A stretch of 63,794 nucleotides of DNA, the filler included, from Lenisia limosa (lineage: Eukaryota; Protista; Breviatea), in assembly GCA_001655205.1 (NCBI GenBank). It is 16 parts of 16 records of this genome, joined end to end, with 100 filler letters (N's around TTAATTAATTAA, not from the genome) between each part and the next. Parts side by side here need not be neighbours in the genome. Positions count along the whole stretch, not along the records: positions 1 to 3,559 come from LPNZ01010613.1; positions 3,660 to 5,865 come from LPNZ01006868.1; positions 5,966 to 7,977 come from LPNZ01000494.1; positions 8,078 to 18,514 come from LPNZ01011401.1; 12 more parts are not named here. The stretch is one strand, 5' to 3'. The notes beneath the pieces were generated by a model. It did no database searches, was not told where the DNA came from, and was given only the letters and a program-made list of their open reading frames with translations. Shown here piece after piece: positions 1 through 12,669 of this stretch. The first letter of the stretch is position 1. Every line of letters starts with the position of its first letter. The translations under genes and the position numbers were made by a program.

Positions 1-1583
1 CCACGCATGATGCTGGTGTACTGCCGTTGGTTAGCCGACTGCAGGCACATTCTCGTCTTTATCACCCAAATGGGGTTGGTCAGAACCGCGATTGCCGCCC
101 CTGTTTTTGAAGAAATAAAAAATATTATCATGAATAATAATATCATATACTGTGTGTATTATGTGTACATATGTAATATAATATATATTTAGGAATATGA
201 AAGAAAATAAAACAAGGTAGATAAATAAAATTAATTCACCCAACCTTACCCCTTTCATAGTACATACTATAACACCCGGCAATANNNNNNNNNNNNNNNN
301 NNNNNNNNNNNNNNNNNNNNNNNNNNNNNNNNNNNNNNNNATCATCAAAGCCATTCGGTCCTTGCAGAGCTCATACCTTGATCATAAGATCGTGTTAGGT
401 TCATGTTGTATGTCTATGTGTGTTTCTTACCCCCTATTCTCGCCGAAGGTATCTCCATCCTTTTTCTATCCCTCATATATGTTTATCTTCTCTTGTTCAG
501 AAAAAAGCCGCACTTTCGGTTCCGGTTCCGGTTTTTTTTTTATTGACTTAATCACAAAATTACCTGCATACATGTAGAAGTAAAGGCCCCATGAGAAACC
601 CGAGCCGTACACCGATGCTCTAAACGGTGAGGGAAAATACCAATATATGCTCTGAATGGTGAGGGAAAATACTTGAGCTTCACTTTTGGTTCCAAAAGAC
701 CAGAAAACTAACGATATTCGAGGATTTATCGAGGATTCAATCTTTTTGGAACCTTAAGTGAAGCTTTGGAAAATACCAGTAGATTGATGAAATATATTGA
801 TAATTTGGAATTAAAGAGTCTGAGTATGNNNNNNNNNNNNNNNNNNNNNNNNNNNNNNNNNNNNNNNNNNNNNNNNNNNNNNNNNNNNNNNNNNNNNNNN
901 NNNNNNNNNNNNNNNNNNNNNNNNNNNNNNNNNNNNNNNNNNNNNNNNNNNNNNNNNNNNNNNNNNNNNNNNNNNNNNNNNNNNNNNNNNNNNNNNNNNN
1001 NNNNNNNNNNNNNNNNNNNNNNNNNNNNNNNNNNNNNNNNNNNNNNNNNNNNNNNNNNNNNGTCACCCCCTGGAAGAACCCATGAATTCCCTCTGTTTTC
1101 TGGATGGACCGGAGGGCCGACAGCGTACTGACGCTCCCCGTGCCTTGGGCTGAATGGTGATGATGATGATGATGATGGTGGTGGTGATGACGATGATGAT
1201 GGTGGTGGTGGTGATGATGATGGTGGTGGTGGTGGTGATGGTGGTGAGAAATATAAAAAGTATACAATATTGAATTATGATTGCAGATCACTATTGATGT
1301 TGGTGATGATGATGATGCGGTAATAGTAGAACCCCGGTGGAAGAAGACCCAAAAATACACCTACCTTGTGATTGTGGGTGTTGGGGGTAGGGAAAAGACA
1401 AGAGATAAAAGCCCTTTGACCTTGTAACCTGACTTTGATCATGTCCAAGGGGTGGGTCGCAAACGTGGCCAGTGTGCCTCCAACCGTTCCAGAGACCAGA
1501 TGAATTAATGGCTTATCCTATCCGCGTGTCAAAATTGAGGTTGCTTTTCTTGACTGCGTTCCAAGACATACCTTTGATGCCAT
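1..1583 (-). CDS. SLC25A32: Mitochondrial carrier, folate/FAD (SLC25A32/FLX1-like), multi-exon, runs off the window start
   Basis: Spliced exons read MASK|DKPLIHLVSGTVGGTLATFATHPLDMIKVRLQ ... SALRSIQKTEGIHGFFQGV ... GSGFSWGLYFY ... AVLTNPIWVIKTRMCLQ. Two PxDxxKxR-type carrier signatures and the SWGLYF motif. ATG at 1583-1581, 54-nt first intron at 1571-1518. Confidence 0.88.
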
Positions 1584-1867
1584 TTTTGGGAGGATCAACC
1601 TAAAAGAGGAGACCTTGATTTCTGGCAAGAACACCTAATAATCTATGTGTGTAGATTTTTTTAACCGATGGAGGAGGAAGGGAAATGGTTCTGCGACCCA
1701 GAAACCCGAGAAACTGGAGCAAAAAGAAGAGACTAAAATCGTAAACGTGAATTGATTTTGAAATAGTCTTTGAAAAGTCCAGTTCATTATCCTTTATCTC
1801 TAAATTATTTTTCATTTTCGACCTCTTTTGAAGGCTAGAAGTTAAAGAAAGCTTCTGCTGGATCAAT
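1584..1867. promoter_or_regulatory. Compact bidirectional promoter region between the carrier and RPS8
   Basis: 284 bp between divergent ATGs at 1583 (-) and 1868 (+). Function inferred from gene geometry only. Confidence 0.5.
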
Positions 1868-2734
1868 ATGGGTATGCAGCGTGTTATTATTGTGTTTCAT
1901 GAACATTTGAAAGAATAAGTGGTCTTATTGTTTTCCTTAGGTATTACTCGCGATTCTACACACAAACGTCGTGCCACCGGTGGCCGCGCTCGCCCATGGC
2001 ATGATAAGCGCAAGCACTCTCTTGGTCGCCCCGCTGCCAACGTAAGCTGAGTTCCTTTATTGCAACAGATTGCTTATTTGTTCCTGTGCTTATCCTGTGC
2101 AGACCAAGCTCGGTGAGTCTCGTGTCCGTCCTCTCCGCGTCCGTGGTGGCAACATGAAGTACCGTGCCATCCGTCTCGACCACGGCAACTTCTCCTGGGG
2201 CTCTGAGGGTAGGATTGGCGATTTTGAGTTTGTGCATTCTTTCCCCCACTTCTTTTTTTTACAAGTGCATGTTCTTATTTTCTATTTTGACTATATAGTC
2301 TGCTCTCGCAAGGTCCGTGTTGTTGATGTTGTTTACAACGCCACTTCCAACGAACTTGTCCGTACCAAGACTCTCGTCAAGGGTGCTATCATCCAGGTTT
2401 GTTGATCATTTTGATGAATAATGGGATCTAACGGATGTAGATCGACTCTACTCCCTTCCGTCAATGGTATGAGCAACATTACGGCATTCATCTCGGCAAG
2501 AAGTCCACCGAGGAGCCTGCTAAGGTTTCCCGCCACGCTGCTGCCAAGAAGGCCGGCCGTGCTAAGGACCGTGTCATCGATCCCCATGTCGCTGAGCAGT
2601 TCAACGCTGGTCGTCTTTACGCTCGTATCTCTTCTCGTCCCGGACAGTGCGGTCGTGTTGATGGCTACATCCTTGAGGGTGAGGAACTTGCTTTCTACAC
2701 TCGCAAGATGCACCAGAAGAAGGCCAAGAAGTAA
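1868..2734 (+). CDS. RPS8: 40S ribosomal protein S8 (eS8), 5 exons
   Basis: [35 protein letters not shown]|[35 protein letters not shown]|[33 protein letters not shown]|[15 protein letters not shown]...[35 protein letters not shown]. Canonical GT-AG introns, TAA at 2732-2734. Confidence 0.98.
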
Positions 2735-3186
2735 ATGCTTCCTCTACTAATGTAATAATGCCCACCCATTTGCCGGTTTTCGCTCTTTGTTTGCTTTTTG
2801 GTTCATCTGTTTTTTTTTTGCATAGTCCCCTTGCCTCTCTTCTAATCCCCTTGATTTTCTGAGGTTCATATCTTATGAAAAGAGTCTTGTTAATTGGGAG
2901 ATCGTCTCCTTTCCTTTCCATTGGTCATAGCATGATGAATTCTTCTCTCTCAATCTCGTCACATAATCTCAAATTAACCACTTTTCATCGAAATAAGAGT
3001 GATTTTTGAGTGGAGATATAATGGTTTCGCAGACCGAAAAATATGAAAATGATAACCCCTCGTCACATGAAGTACGACAGATTTTCTTGTCGAAATGATG
3101 AACGAGAGGTATCACAAGTGGATATGGGGTCTCATATCACTTTGTCATACATCCCATTTGGTTGACAAAGAATTACATCCAAAACA

Positions 3187-3489
3187 TTAGCGAAATATAC
3201 AACCTGATATCCACAATGGTAGCGGCATGATGTAACCAATCAGTTGAGAGAGCCTTGGCCCGAGTTTATCCCTGGAAATATAAGTTTGTACTTTCATGTT
3301 TGATGAAATAAATAGGATCGTACTGATGAAAAGGTTGTACAATGATGTAAAATAAGAAATGATGTAATAAGTTCGTACAGTAGTTCCGCTACTCCAGGGT
3401 GATTTGCTCATGGGCACGTTTCAGCTTCTTCAGGGGTCCCTTGTATTCGGGGTGGTGGGGGCCGCGAAGCTTTACCAGCAGAGATGGGT
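3187..3489 (-). CDS. 3' end of an unknown multi-exon gene (see finding on in-frame TGA)
   Basis: Acceptor at 3491-3490, intron 3378-3272, last exon reads DKLGPRLSQLIGYIMPLPLWISGCIFR*. No family recognised. Confidence 0.4.
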
Positions 3490-3603
3490 CTGGGGGGGGG
3501 GGTGAAAAATGGGAAAGTTATGAAATCAAAAAGTCCAAAACCACTAAGCCCAAAATCAANNNNNNNNNNNNNNNNNNNNNNNNNNNNNNNNNNNNNNNNN
3601 NNN

Positions 3604-3615
3604 TTAATTAATTAA
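3604..3615. other. Artificial scaffold linker TTAATTAATTAA (stop in six frames) flanked by Ns
   Basis: Identical linkers start at 3604, 5910, 8022, 18559, 20821, 28088, 29848, 37853, 39080, 46513, 49351, 54774, 58497, 59967 and 61259. Confidence 0.98.
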
Positions 3616-4142
3616 NNNNNNNNNNNNNNNNNNNNNNNNNNNNNNNNNNNNNNNNNNNNTTTTTTATGGGATGTGGTGCTACAGAAGTGACTGGCCTGGG
3701 CTTTGTTTGTTTTAATGTTCTTCACTCTCGTGTGTTGCTAGCCAACAGAGTTGACTTTGGGCTTTTCCCTTCATAAAATTTCATTTTACTTCCAATTTTA
3801 CTGGGACTTTTCAAAGGCTGGCTCGGGCTTGTTTTTGTTTTTGTGTTTTTGTCATCTGGCCTTTGTCTAGTTTTAGCGTTTGTTACTCATATTTGTTATT
3901 GCTTGTTTTTTTGTTTTTTTGTTTTTTGTTTGTTTGGAGTTTCAGATTATTCGGTTCGTGATTAGTACCTTTACGCCGATATTCTTCATCGAAATTTCCT
4001 TCGTTTTACTTTTACGCCAATATTCCTCATCGAAATTTCCTTCGTTATCTCATTCTCAGGGACAAAGTGGAGAGATCAGAAAAAGAAGTTATGAAGGAAA
4101 TCCAGGCAATTGGTACGCTTGGAGGGCGAGGCGGTTTTAAGT

Positions 4143-4223
4143 AGAGTAACCGGGATAAGTCTTGACCGATTTTCCTTGGAACATCTCATAGTCAATCTGT
4201 CAAGACTTATCCCGGTTACTGTA
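4143..4223. mobile_element. MITE family B (CAGTGACCGGGATAAGTCTTGACCGA terminal inverted repeat, about 80 bp, TA-flanked)
   Basis: Palindromic copies at about 4143-4223, 6044-6125, 7818-7880, 27974-28043, 56391-56471 and 63228-63307. Ends of the form TA-CAGTG...CACTG-TA resemble Tc1/mariner ends. Confidence 0.85.
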
Positions 4224-6468
4224 ATATATATCGATATTTGACCCGGTGTTTTTCGGACCGTGGGGAAGCCGTAGTAAGTTTGATGGTGTGGAGGCTTTGG
4301 CCAGATACTATAATCCAATATCTCTCTAAGCGTGATGATGTATTCGGCTTCTGCCGGATACTAATTTGAATCAAGAAACTGAAACAGTCTCACAATATTG
4401 GTGAGAGTATAGAGTGGGGGGGGGGGGGGNNNNNNNNNNNNNNNNNNNNNNNNNNNNNNNNNNNNNNNNNNNNNNNNNNNNNNNNNNNNNNNNNNNNNNN
4501 AAGGTTGAAATGATAGTTGTAAGACAGAGTTGTATAATAGATGCAATGACCCTCACCATATTTACCTAACCCCTCCTAGTGCGACAAATCACAGCGTCAG
4601 TGACCTTCTTGCCTCTCCTAAACGAACCTTGCACGTTCGACCTGCTAGTCTATGCTGACCATGTGTGCTGGGGGGCTTATCTCGTTTGTTGGCGGACTTC
4701 TTTGTTGAATGTCACTTTTTTTGGGGAGAGGGCTTCACTTTGATTCGAAAGAGACCTGTAATTTAACACTCCTAAAAACTTATAAGCGTGACGATGTGGA
4801 CGACTTCGGTTAGATACAACCTTGTTTTATTCTCATTGCTCTATATTTTATAGCAAGAATAATATGTGATATAGTGTATAGCAAGTAGGGCTTTACTTCG
4901 ATTCGAAAAAAGACAGAATTTATCGATAAATCCTCGAGAACTCTCGATATTTTACCGTTCTTTTTTGAGCCCTAATTGCAAGTGTTAAAATCAATATTCC
5001 TCGCATGATGGTGTAGACGACTTTGGCTTTATAGAGTACCATTGGTCGTATCAGATGGACATCACACAGGGTGTTAATACAAGAGCTTCATTTTCGGTTC
5101 CAAAAAAACATGTCATGAAAATTGTCGAAAATTATCGAGGATTTATCGAGAACAGTCTTTTGAAGATGCGAAGTGAATCTCGAGTTAATATACTTAGGAC
5201 GCAGACGTGCCTGAGAGATGGGAGGAAAGTGACCCAAAATATATCACAAACGCTCAAGACGTCAAGCTTAGAACTTTCACTACAAAGGTACTTGAANNNN
5301 NNNNNNNNNNNNNNNNNNNNNNNNNNNNNNNNNNNNNNNNNNNNNNNNNNNNNNNNNNNNNNNNNNNNNNNNNNNNNNNTACAGACTAATATCAGTAGAT
5401 TGACACACAGTATATTAATTATCTACAATCATATCATTCGTAGGACTTTGTACAAATATTTTTTTGAAGATCATGAACAAAAATTGAAGTAAAAGTGCCT
5501 GAAATTGAGTTCCCACTGCAGTATGTTTTTACTTCACAATAATGCTGCATATAGTATAATACAAACACAAGAGAATAGCAGCTATCTCACCCTTCAGATC
5601 CTTATTAACAGGATAGAATACACTCTCCTCCTGAATAACAGTATACAGCAGTTGTCACCCTCTTCAGAATCTTATTAGCAGAATCTTATTAGCAGAATAG
5701 AATACGATCGCCGGTATATGTGGACGGGGATTCTATATCTTTAACAGAATATCATCATCTCACTTCAGCTCCGTCTTAACAGAACAGCAGCTATCTCACC
5801 CATTATATCTATCTAACAATCTTCAGATCCACAAGGTTGAGCCGACGGTCTCATACAAGGTCGCTNNNNNNNNNNNNNNNNNNNNNNNNNNNNNNNNNNN
5901 NNNNNNNNNTTAATTAATTAANNNNNNNNNNNNNNNNNNNNNNNNNNNNNNNNNNNNNNNNNNNNGGCAAAAAAAAATAAGGAGTTGAGGGGGGGTTAGT
6001 GGTTGAAGTGTCAGGGTGTGATTCGAATTAAAATCTGAAGTCATACTGACCGGGAAAAGTCTTGACTGATTTGCTACGTGATTTCCCAAGGACAATCGGT
6101 CAAGACTTATCCACCGGTCACTGTATATGGATTCAGACGATTCACCTCACAATCTAGTCTCTCACCCCGATCTGAACTCCCTTCCCGCATCCTTGGAAAT
6201 TGCAGCCCATCTTAGCAAAACTGTGGGTCTTTTCTACTAGTTTTTAGATATCACGTCGTGTAGTTGAATTTTTTGGGATTTTCAATTAAATGTTCACAAA
6301 GCTCTATCACATTGTAATACAAACTGTATCATCAACAAGTGATTTAATCATATGACCGACTTTCGAGTCAAATTAATGAAGACAGCACGAGAGGGTTCGT
6401 CAGAATATTTTTTTTTTTCAAAAAATATGATATGAAATAAATAAAGTGTATTTTCTGATACTCCTCAG

Positions 6469-7527
6469 ATGACCGTTCACATTTGTCACATCAACTCTCC
6501 TACTGCTAAATGTGCCAATTTTGGTGGGGCTTGTTTTGACGATTTATGTTTTAAAATGATAACAGGATTTACTTTATTCGTGTTTGAAAAAGAGAATTCC
6601 CTTCTATCCCATCCTCTTCCTGTTTGCAAATAATCTCTAATAAGATTGAGAAATTGCTATCATTTGAATTGTTCATTAATGTTTTTATCTCCTTCTTCTT
6701 TCCATATTCCCCTTACATTATAGGAATTCTGAAGGCCCTTTCACTGAGAACTGAACTCGAAAAAATCAAAATGGGCGTAATTGGTTGGTGGGGGGATAGG
6801 TCATGTTTACAGTGTAATCGTGATTCTAATATGAGCATTCCTTTTTCGGTTGTCCCTACTTACCTTATTAGGAAAGCCCTCCGACTGGTTAGTTGGTGCT
6901 CCTGATGTTGAAGATCCGAATGTCTTGAATAAAATTGAAAATATCTGGGGTATCAAGGTAAGCTGGTGTGACTGGAGGCAAACAGATGATATGACTAGAT
7001 TACATATGTATGTCATACCATGTGCACCGATTAAGTGAATTAAAGATTCGTGATGGTGTATTACTTGTTTAATTTCTCATCTCTATTTATTGTTCTTTCA
7101 TAATGTATGTACTTATTACCCTAAAGGTTGTTCCCATGGAATTTTCTACCTACCATTATCTGGAAAAGGCCAAGCCAAGGTTGGTTGAGAATTGGGCTTC
7201 ACTTCGGTTCGAAAAAAGACTGAAATTCTCGATAGATCCCCGAAAACTATCAATATTTTGCAGGTCTTTTTCGAACCGAAGTGAAACTCTTGTTGAAAGG
7301 TTTCAACTCATCTTAAAATGGGTGGGAGTTTTGAGCCTCTTTAGTTAACAAATTAACTTACTCTGAAATACCTAACAGATATTGCAATTTTTGTTCTATG
7401 TACAGAGATTGCAAACTAACTTTCCCATAGCCCCAAAAGAGCCCGCAAGACCGTTGCCATTGAGCACAAAAAAGAACTCATTAACGAACAAAGCAAGGAC
7501 TGGCAAGTGTGCAAGGCTCATATCTAG
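6469..7527 (+). CDS. Bacterial-type L-fucose/L-arabinose isomerase-like protein, intron-containing, partial
   Basis: In-frame spliced exons (6724, 6871, 7127, 7430) read GILKALSLRTELEKIKMGVI|GKPSDWLVGAPDVEDPNVLNKIENIWGIK|VVPMEFSTYHYLEKAKPR. Resembles the LG(I/V)IGxPSDWLI...(L/W)GI motif of bacterial FucI/AraA-like proteins (from memory). Confidence 0.55.
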
Positions 7528-10500
7528 GGCTTCACTTCAGTTGGAAAAAGACCGGTAAAATATCGATAGTTTTCGAGGATATCGAAAAATTCAGTCTTTT
7601 TTCGAACCGAAATGAAGCCATACTCATATCACTTTTGGGTCATTTTCAAAAGCGTGAACTATCTTTTTCCACGTTGTGTTATAATACCTTATACTCGATC
7701 GTTGCACAACCAAGTCTCAATAATAATCTGATATACTCGGGATGGACCCTCGTGTTTTCAGACTTTGACACGGATATTGAGCTTTACCTTTAGTAGTCAA
7801 TCGTGTCAGGTCTTATCGTGGTCACTGTCGATAAGTCTTGACCGATTTGCTGAATTGGTCAAGACTTATCACGGTCAGAGTGAGATATGTGATATGTTAC
7901 CATTTGACCGTCACTTTAGTCTGAATTCCGAACCTCTATTCCCGAGTCTGAAGTCGAGGCTTCGGTCAACGCATCCANNNNNNNNNNNNNNNNNNNNNNN
8001 NNNNNNNNNNNNNNNNNNNNNTTAATTAATTAANNNNNNNNNNNNNNNNNNNNNNNNNNNNNNNNNNNNNNNNNNNNCGTAAGTTGGATAATTTGTTGTG
8101 TTCATCAACCTTAACTCAGGTAGAAAAAAGTAATAGACTTTGTTTTTATGACTACCCGTATCCCCCCCCCCCAACTATTTTGTTACAATTACACACTTTT
8201 TTCAATGTGTAAAAAGGTAAAGGAGAAAATCATTGAAGTTCTTTGTTCGCATACCAGTGTGAATTTTCTTAATGACGCCTTGATTTAATAACTAATCTAG
8301 GTCCGATACAAGCAGCAGTGTGTCTTCAGTGTGTCTTCAATGCCATCTACAGACTCGAGATCCACCCGTGTGACATAAAATGTCAACACATTCCCTCCCT
8401 ATCCTTCATCTTTTGACACACCACTCACCAAGACCACCACGAACGCCACCTTGCTTCCTCCTTCTCTTCAGACGAAATCAAAAAGAACCTCTTCCTGACG
8501 CCATCCTTGCCCAAGAAAAAAGGGAAAGTGTCATAAAAGCATCACAAGTCAATAGAATGTAGTGAAATTATTTTCTCAAATAAGAAAAACAACTTTTGAT
8601 AATAAACTAAAACATCGGCAAAACTTCAAGAAGCATATACAACAACAACAAAAGGTAAAATGGAAACTATCAGGATTAAATATTCTGTTGCGTCAACTCC
8701 AAGTCGATCTAATATACTGTTGAGAACATGTTTGTACAAATTATCAAAAATAATAAAAATTCGAATAAATGGGGTAATACTATACACAGAGTACATTCCC
8801 ACAATAATTGCCCTGAACTCACTTTTGTTAAAAATCAGCTTACTGCGGGCTCGATCCTCAACTATCTTAAAATACAAGCAGCTTTCAGTGAAAAGGAAAC
8901 TCTGCTTAAATAACCCAAGTTCAGTTCAGTTCAGTTCAAAAATATACGATACACATTTTGGTAAATTTTTCATAAATTTTAGTCAAAATTGGGACATTTT
9001 TGGTATTACTGTTCGCACTCAGGTGGGTGTTTGCTCTCAGGGGGGACGACTTACATACATGCACACCATGAAGGACATTGACTAATCCATTAATTGTTGA
9101 CAACACCTTTTCACTGAAGAAATCAGTGAATGAAGTTTGAACTATGAAGTTTGAACAATTTCTCAGGACCCTGTTTCGTGCCTCTTGTGACTGGGTCAAT
9201 ACGGTGGTGTGGAAGGTGTAGAGAAAAGGTGGCGCTGACAGGAGAGCAATAGAATTTCCACAATATCCAAAATACTAGTCTATTTTTCACATATAGAGAG
9301 ATCCTCACTGATGCAACCTATCCAAAACGCCAAAAGGCACGATGCATCATTGTGTCCTCAATGAAAGCCAGGACTAAGCTCCTCCTCGACGTCACAGTAG
9401 TATATCTATGCCGTACTGTTGTTGCAAGTATTTATTTGATCGTGTAGCGTTTCAAGTTCCGCTAAGCCGACGCTGAAGCCGTCCAGAAATATGAAAGTTA
9501 ACTGACCGAAGACAGTCTCAAGTACATTGCTGAGAACGGCGTTTTTGTAGACTCAGTTGCGCACCACACCTCGCCGTCAGTTTCTGCCGCCATTGTAGCT
9601 GCCAACTAGTCCCTCATTTCTCCAATGATACAAGTCAAACCCGTCAAGGATTTCCTGTAGCGAGCCCTGAGTATGTTACGTCAAGGAAATAAAAATTGAA
9701 AAAAGACAATTTCACAGTGGGTGTTGCACTAAAATAATTTCACTTCGAAATATTCAAAAATTTTGAATACCTTTCAAACACAACACTACGTCTTTCGGGT
9801 CATTGGAACTCACACAATCATACTAAATCTGTTGTTGTTCTGAGATAGTGAGTTCATGGCCGCATATTATGGAAAACAAATCGCAGCCAACGATGTTAGT
9901 AAGGTGAGTTTGAGTTGGAAGAGGGTGGGTGGGCATCATACTCTATTGCATATCTTGAAAGTGTTCCTATTAGTCAGGTACGAAATGCTGGGTTTTCGTC
10001 CAGCGTTGAATGCCCACCCTTCACCTTGCAAATGCCGGAAAGCACAATCACGTCCTTCCTTACCTGCGCAAAAGTTCCCTTGCACCCAGTTCCACTTTAT
10101 CAACGGGATGAGTAGAAGCGCCCCCCAACTGGCTCCAGCAAGAAGAACTGTACAATTTGACCAATATTTCAGGAAAAGTTAATACCTAGAAAACGACAAA
10201 GTATTAATGTTATCCAATTTTCTTTGGTTGACTCAGAAAATGCATATTTCTTGAAAAGTCCACAGAAAAGCGGGCGAAATGTCAAAAAAAACAATGTTTT
10301 CGCAATTTATGCAGACTTCAGCTGTAAGTTATTTTGAATAGTTACAATACCTTACAGAGATTGGGAGGAAGTCGCTCTTTGGCATACTGTATGCAGAGTG
10401 TATGTCCGCTAAAAAGGGTCAACGGCAGAACTAAGATATTATCTTGTTATATTTGGCATACGCCGGTCAGATTTGGTCGTCTGCAGCAGGGATGTAACGT

Positions 10501-11797
10501 CCTTGAGGAAGGCAGAACCAGACGTATGGCCCTTTGTCTGGAAGTTACTAAACACCATTTCAACTCTGGGCTTGATGAGCTTCATTTCTACTTTCCCATT
10601 CTTGGTCTTCACTTCATCTTAGCAACAAATGTCTTTAGTATGAATGTATTAGGCCGTATCGTCTAAATAAAATGGTTTTACAAATACTTCACACAACAAA
10701 CTATGTGTATCATTAACGAGCATATTTCAAAACATTTTTCAGGTGGGGGGAGAAGGTATCGCTTTACTATTAATGCAGATACGCTCATACTGTTCTGTGA
10801 TTTATTCCTGATATAGTGTGGAAGGGATATAAAAAGGTTCCAAAGGAATGAAAGTGTTCCGCTGGGTCATGTTGTTTTGGGTCCTGCAACTATTACAATA
10901 AAACAAAATCAAAAAAAGAAAACTAACCTGAAGTCCACAGACATCCTTTTGATCAGCAGTGGCAAACTTGCTTAGAATGGCTGAGAAAGACTTGAGAAAT
11001 CGATGTCCCCGGATATAACTAATCACTGGTCCAGGTTTGAATCTAGACAAGCTCGCAACGTCATCACACATTCCTTTGCCGAGCCTTTGCCAAATTGATC
11101 ACCATTTGAAGTAAATAGCCTTGTATTCATGTTAATCAATGATAAATGTTTTCATAATACTCTTCAATGACAAAGAGCTGTATGATACTGGTATAATCAA
11201 TTTCATTGCTTTTGTTTAGGTAGACTTTATGTAGGTTCTTTGCATTAATATCAATGGAGAGGTGATTGTGCAACATCTACATACACATTTGACTTAGAAA
11301 AAAATAATTACTATTCTGATCATGTCAAATAACAATTATTCGAGCAATTGAAGAATAATTACTCCTGCAAAAGCTGTACGAATGAAGAAGTATGGACAAT
11401 TTTCGACTCGATGACGTTGTGAGCCTGTCCAGATTATACCAGTGTCACCCATATTTATATACTATACGCCTCCTAGAGCCAATTTTACCGGCTCCAGGGC
11501 AGAGGGCAGCATTGGGGAAGCAATTGGACAGCAAGGCAGGATTGAGGCAGCTAGGAGGATAAAGTATGGGGGGTGTTAGCCCCCCATTTTTGGAACAATT
11601 GTACCAGCCAAAAGTATGACGTCATTGTCGGAATTTTTCATTTTATACTGCAAGAATTGAAATTATAATTGGGAAAAACGAGTATTATCGCGTTTATTGC
11701 TTTATTTATATTGTTTTATTAAGTTTATAATTGGTAAAATAAAAAAGAATTTTAAGAAAAAAAAAGCCTAATGCTTTCATAAGCTCATATTTGGGGT

Positions 11798-12285
11798 CTA
11801 AAACGCACTGTATTGGCAGAAACAGATGTTGTGAAGGACGGTAGCCCAAGTGTGACGGAGTGAGTGGATGGTGAACTTGTTGGCAGCCTTGTCGTCCATC
11901 CCTGACTCCTTCAGGTCGCTGCGCAAGATGTTGTACACTGCTCTAGTCCTGACCATTGTTCCTGTATCGGGCCAGCAGAAGACAGCTGGTGGGTATTGGC
12001 TGGATTAGCGGTGGACTGGGCTTGGAGGGCTCGGAAAGCATGGACGGGATCATGGTCAAGGAGGGGAGAGGATTAAACTGCGGTGGTGCATTCCTGAAAC
12101 CCAAAGGCATTTTCTTGAAATGGCCTGAAGGGAGTTGGTGTAACGGATACCATACTGGCTCCGTAACACTCTTTATTGTGGTGGTGGGGAGCGCAGCGGT
12201 GGAAGAGATAATATGTAACTTTTACGTGACCTGGGGGTCCGTGCTGACCATGGGCCAATCGGGGAATCGAGTGTGTGTGTGGGGG
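11798..12285 (-). pseudogene. Tyrosine recombinase (phage integrase family) relic
   Basis: GC-rich island. Reads HDPVHAFRALQ...(frameshift)...FCWPDTGTMVRTRAVYNILRSDLKESGMDDKAANKFTIHSLRHTWAT, with the HxLRH motif at 11866-11840. In-frame stops and no catalytic Tyr segment. Confidence 0.72.
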
Positions 12286-12669
12286 ATAACTTTTTTTTAA
12301 TTCTCTTTTTTCCCCCCCCCCTCCTTTTTTCACGAATTCAATGTTATAATTATATTCAAAACGCTGACAAAATTTGGTTAATCTTTTTTTACTTAACTTA
12401 CTTACTCTGACTGAATGATCAAAAAATGACAAAGCTCCCAAGGAAAATGATATTGGTTACGATTGAGAAAATAGATCATCATTCTTCCAACTATATGATA
12501 TAAAACGCATTGAATTAGTGGAATTCAACTGAGGAACAATGCGAAATGATTGACAACAGGCATACTTGCTGAGTATTGTCTTTCAGATTATTATTTAAAA
12601 AGCATGATTCTGGAATAGTTACTTCACATTCGAATTGAGACCTAACTCCAATGAAGAGTGTGTCACCCT

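Noticed and set aside
737-1360. 207-aa poly-His ORF
   Set aside because: It is an intronic CAC/CAT microsatellite plus one real carrier exon, read through N gaps.
8340-9620. Possible decayed coding sequence
   Set aside because: Protein-like fragments with many stops and no recognisable motif, so no call can be supported.
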